Positions 1 to 9,260 of a stretch of DNA of 64,000 nt are shown piece after piece; position 1 is the stretch's first letter, and every line of letters starts with the position of its first letter. A program made the translations under genes and the position numbers. Location of the stretch: positions 46,962 to 110,961 of the forward strand of contig CAYZYP010000002.1 of the NCBI GenBank assembly GCA_964482695.1. The letters run 5' to 3'. This stretch comes from an uncultured Gammaproteobacteria bacterium. GTDB lineage: Bacteria > Patescibacteriota > Patescibacteriia > Magasanikbacterales > GWA2-37-8. A model generated the notes under the pieces. The model was given only the letters and a program-made list of their open reading frames with translations, was not told where the DNA came from and made no database searches.

Positions 1-1129
1 TCTAGAACGAACATTAGTTGTTTTAAATGGTTATGCCGATGTTTTCCAAATAGATACTTTTTGGCCATTAATTCAAAAAATAGAAGAGATATCCGGACGC
101 GAATATATAGAAAATATAGAAGTTACCAAATCAATGCGTATTATTGCCGACCATTTGCGTACAGCGACGATGATTATGGGCGATGACAAGGGTGTCGCTC
201 CTAGCAATGTTGATCAGGGATATGTTGTTCGCCGTTTAATTCGCCGCGCCATTCGCCAAGCTCATAATCTGGGGGTTAAAGAAAATTTTTGTACGCGAAT
301 TGTTGAAGAAGTAATTAAAATTTTTAAAGATGTTTATCCAGAAGTTGAACGAAACAAAGAATTTATATTAACAGAAATGGCAAAAGAAGAAAGTAAATTT
401 AGGAATACGTTAGAAAAGGGGTTAAAAATTTTTACCAAAGGAGTAGGAAGTAAAGAGTGGAAAACAGCAGTGCCAAATAAAGATGTTTTTGACCTGTATC
501 AAAGTTATGGATTTCCAATAGAAATGACAATTGAATTAGCAAAAGAAAGCGATTTAACAATTGACGTGGCAGGTTTTAACGAAGAAATGAAAAAACACCA
601 AGAACTTTCTCGTGTTGGCGCGGAACAAAAGTTTAAGGGTGGTTTGGCAGATGATACCGAAATGTCAAAAAAATATCATACTGCCACGCATTTACTGCAT
701 GCGGCTTTACGACAAGTTTTGGGTAAACATGTTGAACAAAAGGGGAGTAATATTACTGTCGAAAGATTGCGTTTTGATTTTTCTCATCCACAGAAAATGA
801 CAGCCGAAGAAAAAAAACAGGTAGAAGATTTGGTAAATCAGGCTATTGAACATAATTATTCAGTTAATTGCGCCGAAATGACAGTTTTAGAAGCCAAAGA
901 CAAAGGCGCCATTGGCTTGTTTGAAGATAAATACGGTAGCAAAGTAAAAGTTTATACAGTAGGCGAAGAAAATAATCATTCAGAAGCGCGCGCTGGTTCT
1001 TTAACTTTTAGTAAAGAAATTTGCGGCGGTCCGCATGTTGAAAATACCGGAGTTTTAGGGAAATTTAGAATTATAAAAGAAGAGGCCTCTAGCGCGGGAG
1101 TGAGAAGAATAAAAGCAATGTTAATTTAG
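1..1129 (+). CDS. alaS: Alanyl-tRNA synthetase, C-terminal part (second/editing domain); 5' end lies outside the window
   Basis: The frame stays open from position 2 and reads LERTLVVLNGYADVF...; it carries the HxxxH editing motifs (HTATHLLHAAL) and CGGPHV, ending at a TAA. The ORF track starts at an internal Met at 134. Confidence 0.85.
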   Translation, partial: LERTLVVLNGYADVFQIDTFWPLIQKIEEISGREYIENIEVTKSMRIIADHLRTATMIMGDDKGVAPSNVDQGYVVRRLIRRAIRQAHNLGVKENFCTRIVEEVIKIFKDVYPEVERNKEFILTEMAKEESKFRNTLEKGLKIFTKGVGSKEWKTAVPNKDVFDLYQSYGFPIEMTIELAKESDLTIDVAGFNEEMKKHQELSRVGAEQKFKGGLADDTEMSKKYHTATHLLHAALRQVLGKHVEQKGSNITVERLRFDFSHPQKMTAEEKKQVEDLVNQAIEHNYSVNCAEMTVLEAKDKGAIGLFEDKYGSKVKVYTVGEENNHSEARAGSLTFSKEICGGPHVENTGVLGKFRIIKEEASSAGVRRIKAMLI

Positions 1130-1131
1130 TT

Positions 1132-1521
1132 ATGAATTTTAAAACTCAATTTATTCGTTATTTTATCACCGGTCTAAGCGGCACTGTTTTAGATATTGGC
1201 TCACTTTACATTTTTAAAAGCTTGTTAGGCTGGCGCGCGGTTATCGCCGTAATGATTAATCAATTATTAGTTATCGCCTATGTCTTTACTCTTAACAAGT
1301 ATTGGTCTTTCAAAGCTAATGGTGGTATAACTCATAAACAGTTTATTCGTTTTGTTTTGGTTATGGGGATGAACTACATCATTGCTGTAAGCTGGATATG
1401 GTTTTGGCACGAATTATTTGGTTATAATTATTTAATAGCCAGATTAGTAAATATTATTTTAGCGGTTAGTTGGAATTTTTTATTGTATAGGTATTGGGTG
1501 TATGCTACCCCTCAAAAATAG
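1132..1521 (+). CDS. GtrA-family small membrane protein (polysaccharide synthesis-associated)
   Basis: 129 aa with 4 predicted TM helices and a GtrA-like N-terminus (FIRYFITGLSGTVLDIG). Confidence 0.6.
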   Translation: MNFKTQFIRYFITGLSGTVLDIGSLYIFKSLLGWRAVIAVMINQLLVIAYVFTLNKYWSFKANGGITHKQFIRFVLVMGMNYIIAVSWIWFWHELFGYNYLIARLVNIILAVSWNFLLYRYWVYATPQK

Positions 1522-1605
1522 CTTGTGCATAAAATGCAAAAACACTCTTGACGAATATAGTATTTTATATTATTATATTACTCAGTCTTTTTAATCAATT
1601 AAAAA

Positions 1606-1824
1606 ATGGCTAAAAATAAAGATACCATCGAGTTCAAAGGAAGCGTTACAGAGTTACTGCCAGCCGGTACTTTTAGGGTCAGCTTGGAAAGTGGACAAAT
1701 GATAATAGCTCATTTGTCAGGCAAAATGAGAATGAATAAAATAAGGCTGGGGGTAGGAGATACTGTAAAAGTAGAAATGACCCCTTACGATTTAACAAAA
1801 GGGAGAATAATTTATCGTTTTTAA
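1606..1824 (+). CDS. infA: Translation initiation factor IF-1
   Basis: 72 aa S1-like protein; [13 protein letters not shown]...[36 protein letters not shown] is a canonical IF-1 sequence. Confidence 0.95.
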   Translation: MAKNKDTIEFKGSVTELLPAGTFRVSLESGQMIIAHLSGKMRMNKIRLGVGDTVKVEMTPYDLTKGRIIYRF

Positions 1825-1835
1825 ATAGTCACTTT

Positions 1836-1912
1836 AAATATCAACCGGTGCGGTGTAGCTTGGCTAGAAGATTGCTGAGCGTTGATATCGCGGCACAAGG
1901 TTGATATTTTTT
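1836..1912 (+). promoter_or_regulatory. Structured leader/attenuator-like hairpin between infA and rpmJ
   Basis: AAATATCAACC appears inverted at the left and GGTTGATAT appears twice as a direct repeat on the right; the last copy is followed by TTTTTT, giving alternative pairings. Confidence 0.25.
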
Positions 1913-1959
1913 CTTTAAAAAATTATATTTAAATAAGTTATAAATTCATTTGCTCTATT

Positions 1960-2073
1960 ATGAAAGTAAGAGCTTCTGTTAAAAAAATTTGTAAAGATTG
2001 CAAATCACTTCGCCGCAAAGGCCGAGTAGTTGTGCGTTGCAAAAAAACAAAACACAATCAAAGACAAGGATAG
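1960..2073 (+). CDS. rpmJ: 50S ribosomal protein L36
   Basis: 37-aa [40 protein letters not shown] found by hand; it is below the ORF-track size cutoff. Zinc-ribbon L36 signature. Confidence 0.9.
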   Translation: MKVRASVKKICKDCKSLRRKGRVVVRCKKTKHNQRQG

Positions 2074-2117
2074 AACCACTAATTTTTTCACGAATTTACA
2101 CAAATTATTACAATATT

Positions 2118-2504
2118 ATGAGAGTTTCAGGCATAAACATTCCTAAAGAAAAAAGAATCGTTGTGTCCCTACCTTATTTATATGGTATCGGGTCTGTTTT
2201 GGCTAAAAAGATTTTACAAAAGGCTGGCATCGACGAAAACACACGAACAAAAAATCTTACTCGCGAAGAAGAAGATAAAATACGTTTGATAGTAGAAAAA
2301 GAATACAAAACAGAAGGCGATTTAAAGCGTGAAATAATGGCCAATGTTAAACGTTTAAAAGAAATTAAATGCTATCGTGGCGTGCGACACATGAAACACC
2401 TGCCTGTTCGCGGGCAAAGAACTAAAACAAATAGCCGTACGGTACGCGGTAATACGCGCAAAACCATGGGAAGCGGTCGCAGGCCATCGGCACAAAAAAC
2501 ATAA
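2118..2504 (+). CDS. rpsM: 30S ribosomal protein S13
   Basis: The internal Met MRVSGINIPKEKRIVVSLPYLYGIG... is the S13 start; the ORF-track N-terminal extension from 1998 overlaps rpmJ in another frame. Confidence 0.92.
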   Translation: MRVSGINIPKEKRIVVSLPYLYGIGSVLAKKILQKAGIDENTRTKNLTREEEDKIRLIVEKEYKTEGDLKREIMANVKRLKEIKCYRGVRHMKHLPVRGQRTKTNSRTVRGNTRKTMGSGRRPSAQKT

Positions 2505-2515
2505 AATTTTTAAAT

Positions 2516-2959
2516 ATGTCAGACAAAATCAAACAACCTAATGTCGAAGAAACAAAACCTGTTAAAACAGCCGTTGTCGCGGTAAATAAAAAGAAAAAAA
2601 AGACAGGTAGACAAGTAGCGCATGGAAACGCTTATATACAAGCTACTTATAATAATACTATAATCACCCTGGCCGATTTAAATGGCGAAGTTTTGTGCTG
2701 GTCTTCCGCGGGAAAAGTTGGCTTTAAAGGCCCTAAAAAAGCTACTCCTTACGCTGCCAGCATGGTAGTAAAGGATATGGCTGTAAAAATAGCGGATCTT
2801 GGCTTAAAAGATGTTCATGTATATGTCAAAGGTATTGGTGGTGGTAGAGAAGGTGCCATAAGAGCTTTAAATACTAATGGACTAAATGTTTTAACTGTCA
2901 GCGATGTTACGCCAATTCCACACAATGGTTGTCGCCCGCCTAAAAAGAGACGCGTATAA
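2516..2959 (+). CDS. rpsK: 30S ribosomal protein S11
   Basis: Contains GNAYIQATYNNTIITLADLNGEVLCWSSAG...TPYAA, typical of S11. Confidence 0.95.
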   Translation: MSDKIKQPNVEETKPVKTAVVAVNKKKKKTGRQVAHGNAYIQATYNNTIITLADLNGEVLCWSSAGKVGFKGPKKATPYAASMVVKDMAVKIADLGLKDVHVYVKGIGGGREGAIRALNTNGLNVLTVSDVTPIPHNGCRPPKKRRV

Positions 2960-3001
2960 AATAAGATTTAATTTTTATTGTAATGTAATATTATATATAT
3001 T

Positions 3002-3637
3002 ATGCAGAAAAAGAAGATGAATAGACAATGCGCCATATGTCGACGTGCCGGAGAAAAACTTTTTTTGAAAGGAGAAAAGTGCCAAGGGCCAAAATGTTTG
3101 CTTTTAAAAAGAAATTTTATTCCAGGGCAACATGGTAACAAAAGAAAACATGCCAAACTTTCTGTTTATGGCAAGCAACTAGCCGAAAAGCGCAAAGTAC
3201 AAAAAATTTACGGTTTACGAGAGCGTCAATTTGCCAATTATGTCAAAGAAGCCGCCACTAAAAAAGGCAATACAGGCGAGTATTTATTAAATTTCTTAGA
3301 AGCTAGATTAGATAATGTTGTTTATAGAATAGGATTAGCGTCGTCTCGCCGTATGGCTAGACAAATAACTAACCATGGCCTAATCGCTGTTAATGGCAAA
3401 AAATTAGATGTTCCTTCATATCGTGTTAGAGTTGGCGATATAATAACTGTCAAAGAAACCGCTAAACAAAAAACTTTGTTTAATAAAATTTCCGAAAAAT
3501 TGGCAAAAATAGAAGCAACCAGCTGGTTGGCAGTAGACGCCAAGCAGGTTTCCGCGAAAATGTTAAATGTACCATCGGTTGAAACACCAAGTTTTGATAT
3601 AAAATTGGTAATTGAGTTCTACTCAAGAAAATTGTAA
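3002..3637 (+). CDS. rpsD: 30S ribosomal protein S4 (N-terminal Cys4 zinc-ribbon form)
   Basis: Zinc-ribbon motif CAICRR...CQGPKC followed by NFIPGQHG. The start could alternatively be the Met at 3017. Confidence 0.93.
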   Translation: MQKKKMNRQCAICRRAGEKLFLKGEKCQGPKCLLLKRNFIPGQHGNKRKHAKLSVYGKQLAEKRKVQKIYGLRERQFANYVKEAATKKGNTGEYLLNFLEARLDNVVYRIGLASSRRMARQITNHGLIAVNGKKLDVPSYRVRVGDIITVKETAKQKTLFNKISEKLAKIEATSWLAVDAKQVSAKMLNVPSVETPSFDIKLVIEFYSRKL

Positions 3638-3716
3638 TTTTAATAACTAAATATTGAAATATTATATATTGCGTAAATAGCGTGATATACAATATTTGAT
3701 ATTTAATATTTATTTT

Positions 3717-4559
3717 ATGGAAAATTTATTGCTTCCTTCTAAAGTAGAATATGATCCCGGAGAAACCGAAAATGTCGGAAATATAGTTATTTCTCCTTGT
3801 TATTTTGGCTATGGCGCCACTTTGGGGAATGCTTTGCGCCGAGTGTTATTATCTTCTTTGCCCGGAGCAGCGGTAGAAGCTTTTAGAATAAAAGGCGTTG
3901 CTCATGAATTTACCGCGATAGATGGCGTAAAAGAAGACATGATACAAATTATTTTAAATTTAAAACAATTAGCTGTAAAAGTTTATACCGACGAACCATT
4001 GATTTTAAAAATTAATAAAAAAGGCAAAGGAGCGGTTACCGCCAAAGATATAGAGGCTAATGCAGATATGGAAATAGCGAATAAAGATTTATTAATTGCC
4101 ACCTTAACTTCTGATCGCAATTTTGAAATGGAAATTATAGTTGGCCGTGGCCGTGGTTTTAAACCAGCCGAAGAAAAAGATAAAAAAGATTTTGCTTTAG
4201 GCACTGTGGTGATAGATTCTATTTATAATCCTGTTAAAGATATTGGTTATTCTATAGAATACACTCGTGTCGGTGATATTACTAACTACGAACGGCTTTT
4301 GGTGCGTATTGAAACCAACGGCACTGTTACTCCGCTAGAAGCAGCCAAAGAAGCGACCAAAATATTAACAGATCATTTAAATGTTATTGCCAAAAATACA
4401 GGTACTTTTGAAGAAACTAATTTAAATTCAGAAAATGAAGTAGAAACTGTTGCTCAGCCAGAAAAAACCAGCGAAGAAGTAACAGAAGAAACTAACGAAG
4501 ATGAAGAAGCAAATAATAAAGCTAAGAAAAAAAATAATAAAGCTAAGAAAAAAACTTAA
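3717..4559 (+). CDS. rpoA: DNA-directed RNA polymerase alpha subunit, NTD only, with a low-complexity acidic/Lys-rich tail and no alpha-CTD
   Basis: NIVISPCYFGYGATLGNALRRVLLSSLPGAAV is the alpha-NTD signature. The protein ends about 235 aa into the NTD and continues as ...EETNEDEEANNKAKKKNNKAKKKT. Start chosen at MENLLLP; the ORF track gives 3696. Confidence 0.9.
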   Translation: MENLLLPSKVEYDPGETENVGNIVISPCYFGYGATLGNALRRVLLSSLPGAAVEAFRIKGVAHEFTAIDGVKEDMIQIILNLKQLAVKVYTDEPLILKINKKGKGAVTAKDIEANADMEIANKDLLIATLTSDRNFEMEIIVGRGRGFKPAEEKDKKDFALGTVVIDSIYNPVKDIGYSIEYTRVGDITNYERLLVRIETNGTVTPLEAAKEATKILTDHLNVIAKNTGTFEETNLNSENEVETVAQPEKTSEEVTEETNEDEEANNKAKKKNNKAKKKT

Positions 4560-4585
4560 ATATTATCCCGGTTTTTTAAAAAAAT

Positions 4586-4936
4586 ATGAGACACCAAAAG
4601 AAAAAGGTTACTTTGGACAGAAACAAAAGCGCTCGACGCGCGTTGTTGGCGAATTTAGTCGCCAGCCTTGTTTTTCATGAAAAAATTTCCACCACCAAAG
4701 CCAAAGCCAAAGCCCTGCAATCTTTGGTGGAAAAATTGATTACCAAAGCCAAAGAGCAAACTTTGGCCAGTCGCCGAGAAATAAGTAAAACTGTCTATAC
4801 AGAAAATATCATCAAAAAATTATTAGAAGTTATTGGTCCTCGTTACAAAGATAGACATGGAGGGTATACCAGAATTATTAATTTAGGTTATCGTAAAAAT
4901 GATAACGCGGAAAAAGTTCTTATAGAATTTGTTTAA
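4586..4936 (+). CDS. rplQ: 50S ribosomal protein L17
   Basis: Reads MRHQKKKVTLDRNKSARRALLANLV...FHEKISTTKAKAK, typical of L17. Confidence 0.92.
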   Translation: MRHQKKKVTLDRNKSARRALLANLVASLVFHEKISTTKAKAKALQSLVEKLITKAKEQTLASRREISKTVYTENIIKKLLEVIGPRYKDRHGGYTRIINLGYRKNDNAEKVLIEFV

Positions 4937-4946
4937 TTAAAGATTT

Positions 4947-5309
4947 ATGATTAGTAATAAAAAAATAAAAGGAAAATACACTTTGGATGCTGTCGGAGAA
5001 AGCGTGGGCAGGTTAGCTACCAAAATAGCTATGATTTTAATGGGGAAAAACAGCCCTCATTTTACGCCTAATTTAGATAATAAAAACAAAGTTATTATCA
5101 CTAACGTAGATAAAATAAAATTTTCCGGCAAGAAATTAGATAAAAAAGTTTACAAACATCATAGTATGCACCCGGGTGGTTTAAAAATTGTCCCTGCCAA
5201 AAAGGTAATGCAAAGTGATCCTAAAAAGGTTGTTTTAAAAGCAGTTTCTAAAATGTTGCCTAAAAATAAGTTACGCACCGCGCGTTTATTAAGAATTTCT
5301 TTTAAATAA
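4947..5309 (+). CDS. rplM: 50S ribosomal protein L13
   Basis: Contains GRLATKIAMILMGKNSPHFTPNLD..VIITNVDKI. Confidence 0.9.
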   Translation: MISNKKIKGKYTLDAVGESVGRLATKIAMILMGKNSPHFTPNLDNKNKVIITNVDKIKFSGKKLDKKVYKHHSMHPGGLKIVPAKKVMQSDPKKVVLKAVSKMLPKNKLRTARLLRISFK

Positions 5310-5314
5310 AACTT

Positions 5315-5722
5315 ATGACTAATACAGTGATTCAGTCAGAAAAAAAACAGGTAGTCGGCCGACGTAAAACAGCAGCCGCTAGAATTAGAATTAAACCAGG
5401 AACAGGGGAAATAATCGTTAATAATAAAGATTGGAAAAAGTATTTTCCTTCTTCAGAATATCAAACTATTATTTTATCGCCTTTACAAAGCGTTGGAAAA
5501 CTAAAGTCTTTTGATTTTAGCGTCAAAGTAGCAGGTGGTGGCATGAAAGGGCAGGCAGAAGCCCTGCAATTAGGAATTTCCAGAGCCTTGGCTAGTTATG
5601 ACGAAGAACTTAAAAAGACTTTAAAATCTTTGGGGTATTTAACACGCGATCCAAGAGCCAAAGAAAGAAAAAAGCCAGGGCTTAAACGCGCCAGACGCGC
5701 ACCGCAATGGTCCAAACGTTAA
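5315..5722 (+). CDS. rpsI: 30S ribosomal protein S9
   Basis: Contains GRRKTAAARIRIKPGTGEIIVN... and the C-terminal KKPGLKRARRAPQWSKR. Confidence 0.95.
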   Translation: MTNTVIQSEKKQVVGRRKTAAARIRIKPGTGEIIVNNKDWKKYFPSSEYQTIILSPLQSVGKLKSFDFSVKVAGGGMKGQAEALQLGISRALASYDEELKKTLKSLGYLTRDPRAKERKKPGLKRARRAPQWSKR

Positions 5723-5733
5723 ACTTACGTAGC

Positions 5734-5760
5734 AAAGCCTCTAATAAAAGAGGCTTTTTA
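5734..5760 (+). terminator. Rho-independent terminator after rplM-rpsI
   Basis: AAAGCCTC-taataaaa-GAGGCTTT followed by TTTA. Confidence 0.6.
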
Positions 5761-5794
5761 AATTCTTGTTTTTGTTGTCTTTTTAGAGTAAAAT

Positions 5795-7234
5795 ATGTTT
5801 ATGTCTTACTCTGTCGCGCAAAATACATCTTTTTTAACAGTGGCTTCGATTTTACAAAAAATCATTTCTTTTTTTTATTTCGTTTTAATTGCGCGAATCA
5901 TTGGCGTAGAAAGTATTAGCCAATATTTTTTGGCGATTACTTTTTCTTTAATTTTTATAGTTTTCGCTGATTTTGGCTTATCTTCTATTTTAGTTCGTGA
6001 AAGCGCGCGGTATCCCGAAAATACCGAAAGATATTTAAATACTGTTTTATCCACCAAAGTTATTTTCAACCTGTTAACCTATATTTTTTTGCTGGCTACT
6101 GTTAATTTTTTAAATTATTCCGCAGGCACTAAACATTTGATTTATTTAGCTGGCATAACAATGTTTTTCGATAATTTGCACAGCGCTTTTTACGCTGTTT
6201 TTCGCGCGCGAAAGAATCTAATATTCGAATCTATCGGTATAGCTTGTTCGCAAGCTATTACTTTGGTTATTGGCGCTGTTTCTTTGCTAATGGGTTGGCC
6301 TTTATTTATGCTTATCCTTGCTTTTACAATCCCAAGTTGTTTAAATATTTTATATGTCGCCTATTTTGCCGCTAAAAAATTCAAGCTTCGTTATTATTTT
6401 ATTTTTGATTTTAAAATTATTAAAACTTTTTTAATTATGGCTTGGCCGTTTGCTTTAGCGGCGATAATCGGTCGTTTTTACGCTTATAGTGATTCACTGC
6501 TAATGTCCAAAATATTATCAGTTGCCGAACTAGGTTGGTGGAGCGTAGCTTATAAAATTAGCACTGCTTTTCAGTTTGTTCCTGTGGCGCTAGCCGCCAG
6601 TGTTTATCCAGTTTTTAGCAGTCTTTATTTACAGGATAAATTATTGATTAATCAATTATTTGAAAAAACCAGCCGTTATTTATTTTTTATTGTTTTTCCA
6701 ATTGTTTTCGGAATTTTTGTTTTAGCCAAGCCGGCTATTTTGTGGTTATATGGCGAGCAATTTTTACCAGCTGTCTTTCCGCTACAGCTACTGATGATTT
6801 CCTTGATTTTTACTTTTTTAATTTTTATCAACGGTGCTTTGCTTAATGCTATTGATAAACAAAAAATTCAGACAAGCATTACTGCTGGCGCGTTGTTTTT
6901 AAGCATTGTTTTAAATCTTATTTTTTTGCCACGCTTACAGATAGACGGCGCGGCTATTGTCGCTCTATTTACTAATTGTTTATTATTTATTATTGGCTAT
7001 ATCTTTGTAAAATCATATCTAGCTTTGAATTTAAAAAATACATTAGGGTATTTTAACCAAACTTTTTGGCCAGCGCTTATTATGGCTGTCGCGGTATATT
7101 TTTTAGTGGAGAAGATTCATTTTTTATTTACTATTCCAATTGGCGGTGCGATTTATCTGGGTTTGGTATTTTTGCTTGGCGGCATTGATCGAGAGTTGGT
7201 TGTAAGGATAAAAACTAAAATAATAAATAAATAA
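5795..7234 (+). CDS. Polysaccharide/oligosaccharide flippase (Wzx/MurJ-like MOP superfamily), about 12-14 TM
   Basis: 479-aa polytopic membrane protein whose composition and TM layout are typical of the PST family, sitting directly upstream of the GT genes. Confidence 0.65.
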   Translation: MFMSYSVAQNTSFLTVASILQKIISFFYFVLIARIIGVESISQYFLAITFSLIFIVFADFGLSSILVRESARYPENTERYLNTVLSTKVIFNLLTYIFLLATVNFLNYSAGTKHLIYLAGITMFFDNLHSAFYAVFRARKNLIFESIGIACSQAITLVIGAVSLLMGWPLFMLILAFTIPSCLNILYVAYFAAKKFKLRYYFIFDFKIIKTFLIMAWPFALAAIIGRFYAYSDSLLMSKILSVAELGWWSVAYKISTAFQFVPVALAASVYPVFSSLYLQDKLLINQLFEKTSRYLFFIVFPIVFGIFVLAKPAILWLYGEQFLPAVFPLQLLMISLIFTFLIFINGALLNAIDKQKIQTSITAGALFLSIVLNLIFLPRLQIDGAAIVALFTNCLLFIIGYIFVKSYLALNLKNTLGYFNQTFWPALIMAVAVYFLVEKIHFLFTIPIGGAIYLGLVFLLGGIDRELVVRIKTKIINK

Positions 7235-7247
7235 AAATATGAAATTC

Positions 7248-7281
7248 AGATGTTCAAATATATTTGAACATCTGAATTGCG
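7248..7281. repeat. Perfect 34-bp palindrome (17-bp arms, no spacer) between the flippase and GT4 genes
   Basis: ATTCAGATGTTCAAATAT|ATATTTGAACATCTGAAT; no T-run follows, so it is an operator-like or cruciform site rather than a classic terminator. Confidence 0.5.
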
Positions 7282-7299
7282 CTAAAATTAAAAATAGTT

Positions 7300-8412
7300 A
7301 TGAAAACTTTAATTATTACCCTAGAATACCCTCCGCAAATCGGCGGCATTGCTTCATATATATATAACGCGGCGAGTCATTGGCCAGACAATGACCTGCT
7401 CATTTATGCGCCCAAGACAAAACCCACATACGATGAAAATAGTAAGTGGAGAGTAATACGAAAAAAGCCATATTTTACCTTTTTCTGGCCGCATTGGTTA
7501 CGCTTACTATGGCAAATTTGGCGAATAGTTATAAAAGAGCACGTAGAGATAATCCACGTACACCATGTTTTACCTGTTGGTTATGTCGCTTATATTATAA
7601 AAAAAATAAATAAAATTCCTTATTATGTTTTTTTTCATGGCACAGATTTAGAAAAAGCCACTAAAAGTAGATGGAAAAAAAGAATGGCTAAAAAAATTTG
7701 CTTTGCGGCTGATAAAATTATAGTTAACAGCGTTTTTTTGCAAAATAAATTTAAAGATAAGTTTGAAGATTTAAACAAAGAAGTCGTAGTGGTAAATCCA
7801 GGACCCAATGAATTATTTTTAGAGACAATAGCAAATGAAGAAATTAAAAAAATAAAAGCCCAATTAGCCCTAGAAGGCAAAAAGGTAATTATTACAGTAG
7901 CTAGGCTAGCCGAAGCCAAAGGTTATCCACGTTTAATTCATGTTTTACCTGTGATACTTAAAAAAATACCCAATTTAGTTTGGCTGATTATTGGCGATGG
8001 GCCAAAAAAGAAATTGATATTGGATTTAATTCAAAAAAAATCTTTGCAAAATGTAGTTAGATATTTAGGTGAAATAGAGCCAAAATTATTGCCAAAATAT
8101 TATCAAGTTGCCGATCTCTTTGTTTTGCTTTCTCATCCTGATATAGAAGCCGAAGAAGGCTGGGGCACGGTATTTTTGGAAGCGGCCGCTAGCGGATTGC
8201 CGGTTGTGGCTGGAAACGCCGGCGGTGTTAGCGAAACTGTTGAAAATTTAGTTACCGGCCTAATGGTAGATGCTAGTCACGAAGAAGGCGTCGTAAACGC
8301 TGTTGTTGAACTATTGCGCAACGAACAGTATGCCAAACAAATGGGAAAAAAAGGCAAAGAAAGAGTAATAAAAGAGTTTGCCTGGGAAAAACAGATAAAA
8401 AAGATTTTATAA
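7300..8412 (+). CDS. Glycosyltransferase family 4 (GT-B fold)
   Basis: C-terminal EAAASGLPVVAGNAGGVSETVENLVTGLMVD matches the GT1/GT4 E-x7-E region. Confidence 0.85.
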   Translation: MKTLIITLEYPPQIGGIASYIYNAASHWPDNDLLIYAPKTKPTYDENSKWRVIRKKPYFTFFWPHWLRLLWQIWRIVIKEHVEIIHVHHVLPVGYVAYIIKKINKIPYYVFFHGTDLEKATKSRWKKRMAKKICFAADKIIVNSVFLQNKFKDKFEDLNKEVVVVNPGPNELFLETIANEEIKKIKAQLALEGKKVIITVARLAEAKGYPRLIHVLPVILKKIPNLVWLIIGDGPKKKLILDLIQKKSLQNVVRYLGEIEPKLLPKYYQVADLFVLLSHPDIEAEEGWGTVFLEAAASGLPVVAGNAGGVSETVENLVTGLMVDASHEEGVVNAVVELLRNEQYAKQMGKKGKERVIKEFAWEKQIKKIL

Positions 8413-8449
8413 TTAGAATCTGGCGTAACGCATTAACAAAATATTTTTT

Positions 8450-9202
8450 ATGATCAGCATTATTATTCCGGTTTATAACCATGCCCACATCTTGGAACGC
8501 AGTTTATGTTCGGTTTGCGCGCAAACCTATCGGCCGCTTGAAGTGATTATTGTAAATGATGGCAGTACGGATAATTTTGAAAAGGTAATGAGCAAGATAA
8601 TTATGAAGAATATGGAGAGAGGAATAAATAATGAAATAAAAATCAAGGTGATAAATCAAGAAAATAAAGGGGCAAGCGCGGCTAGAAATAGGGGATTTAA
8701 AGAGGCTACAGGTAAGTATGTAATTTTTTGGGACGCGGATACAATCGCCCAGCCAAAAATGCTAGAAAAAATGTTAAATGCTTTACAAAATAATCCATCG
8801 GCTAGTTATGCTTATAGTCAATTTAAATTTGGTTGGAAAAAAATAAAAAGTCATGAATTTGACCCTGATTTACTTAAAAAAATAAATTATATTGATGCCA
8901 CTTCTTTGATTAGAAAAAAAGATTACGTAGAATGTTTTTCCGCCAAAGCCGGACCAGCCTTGGGCTGGGATGAATCACTAAAACGTTTTCAAGACTGGGA
9001 TTTGTGGCTAACAATGTTAGAAAAAAATAAAACAGGCGTTTTTGTGCCCGAAGTTTTATTTAAAAAAATAGTTAGTGGCCGCAAGGGGATTAGCAATTGG
9101 CTGCCCAGTTTTGTTTATAAATTGCCGTGGAAAGGTAAAAAAGTTTTAGAATATGAGCAAACCAAAGAAATAATTTTTAAAAAGCATTTAGACGGCGCAT
9201 AA
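8450..9202 (+). CDS. Glycosyltransferase family 2
   Basis: IIIPVYN....VIIVNDGSTD and DADT resemble the GT2 DXD region. Confidence 0.85.
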   Translation: MISIIIPVYNHAHILERSLCSVCAQTYRPLEVIIVNDGSTDNFEKVMSKIIMKNMERGINNEIKIKVINQENKGASAARNRGFKEATGKYVIFWDADTIAQPKMLEKMLNALQNNPSASYAYSQFKFGWKKIKSHEFDPDLLKKINYIDATSLIRKKDYVECFSAKAGPALGWDESLKRFQDWDLWLTMLEKNKTGVFVPEVLFKKIVSGRKGISNWLPSFVYKLPWKGKKVLEYEQTKEIIFKKHLDGA

Positions 9203-9260
9203 ACATTCTTTTTCGCGCTGCGGACTTCGCCGCGACTGCGAAAAAGAATGTTTATGCGCC
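9194..9260. terminator. Bidirectional palindrome shared by the converging GT2 and ligase-like genes
   Basis: 23-bp arms GGCGCATAAACATTCTTTTTCGC / GCGAAAAAGAATGTTTATGCGCC around a 21-nt GC-rich loop. Each arm also encodes the terminal Gly-Ala-stop of one of the two genes. Confidence 0.55.

Noticed and set aside
1998-2117. N-terminal 40-aa extension of the S13 ORF in the ORF track (start at 1998)
   Set aside because: It overlaps the hand-identified rpmJ (L36) gene in another frame. The S13 homology begins at the internal Met at 2118.
5707-5919. 70-aa ORF bridging the rpsI end, terminator and flippase start
   Set aside because: It spans an intrinsic terminator and overlaps two well-supported genes, so it is a chance ORF in AT-rich sequence.
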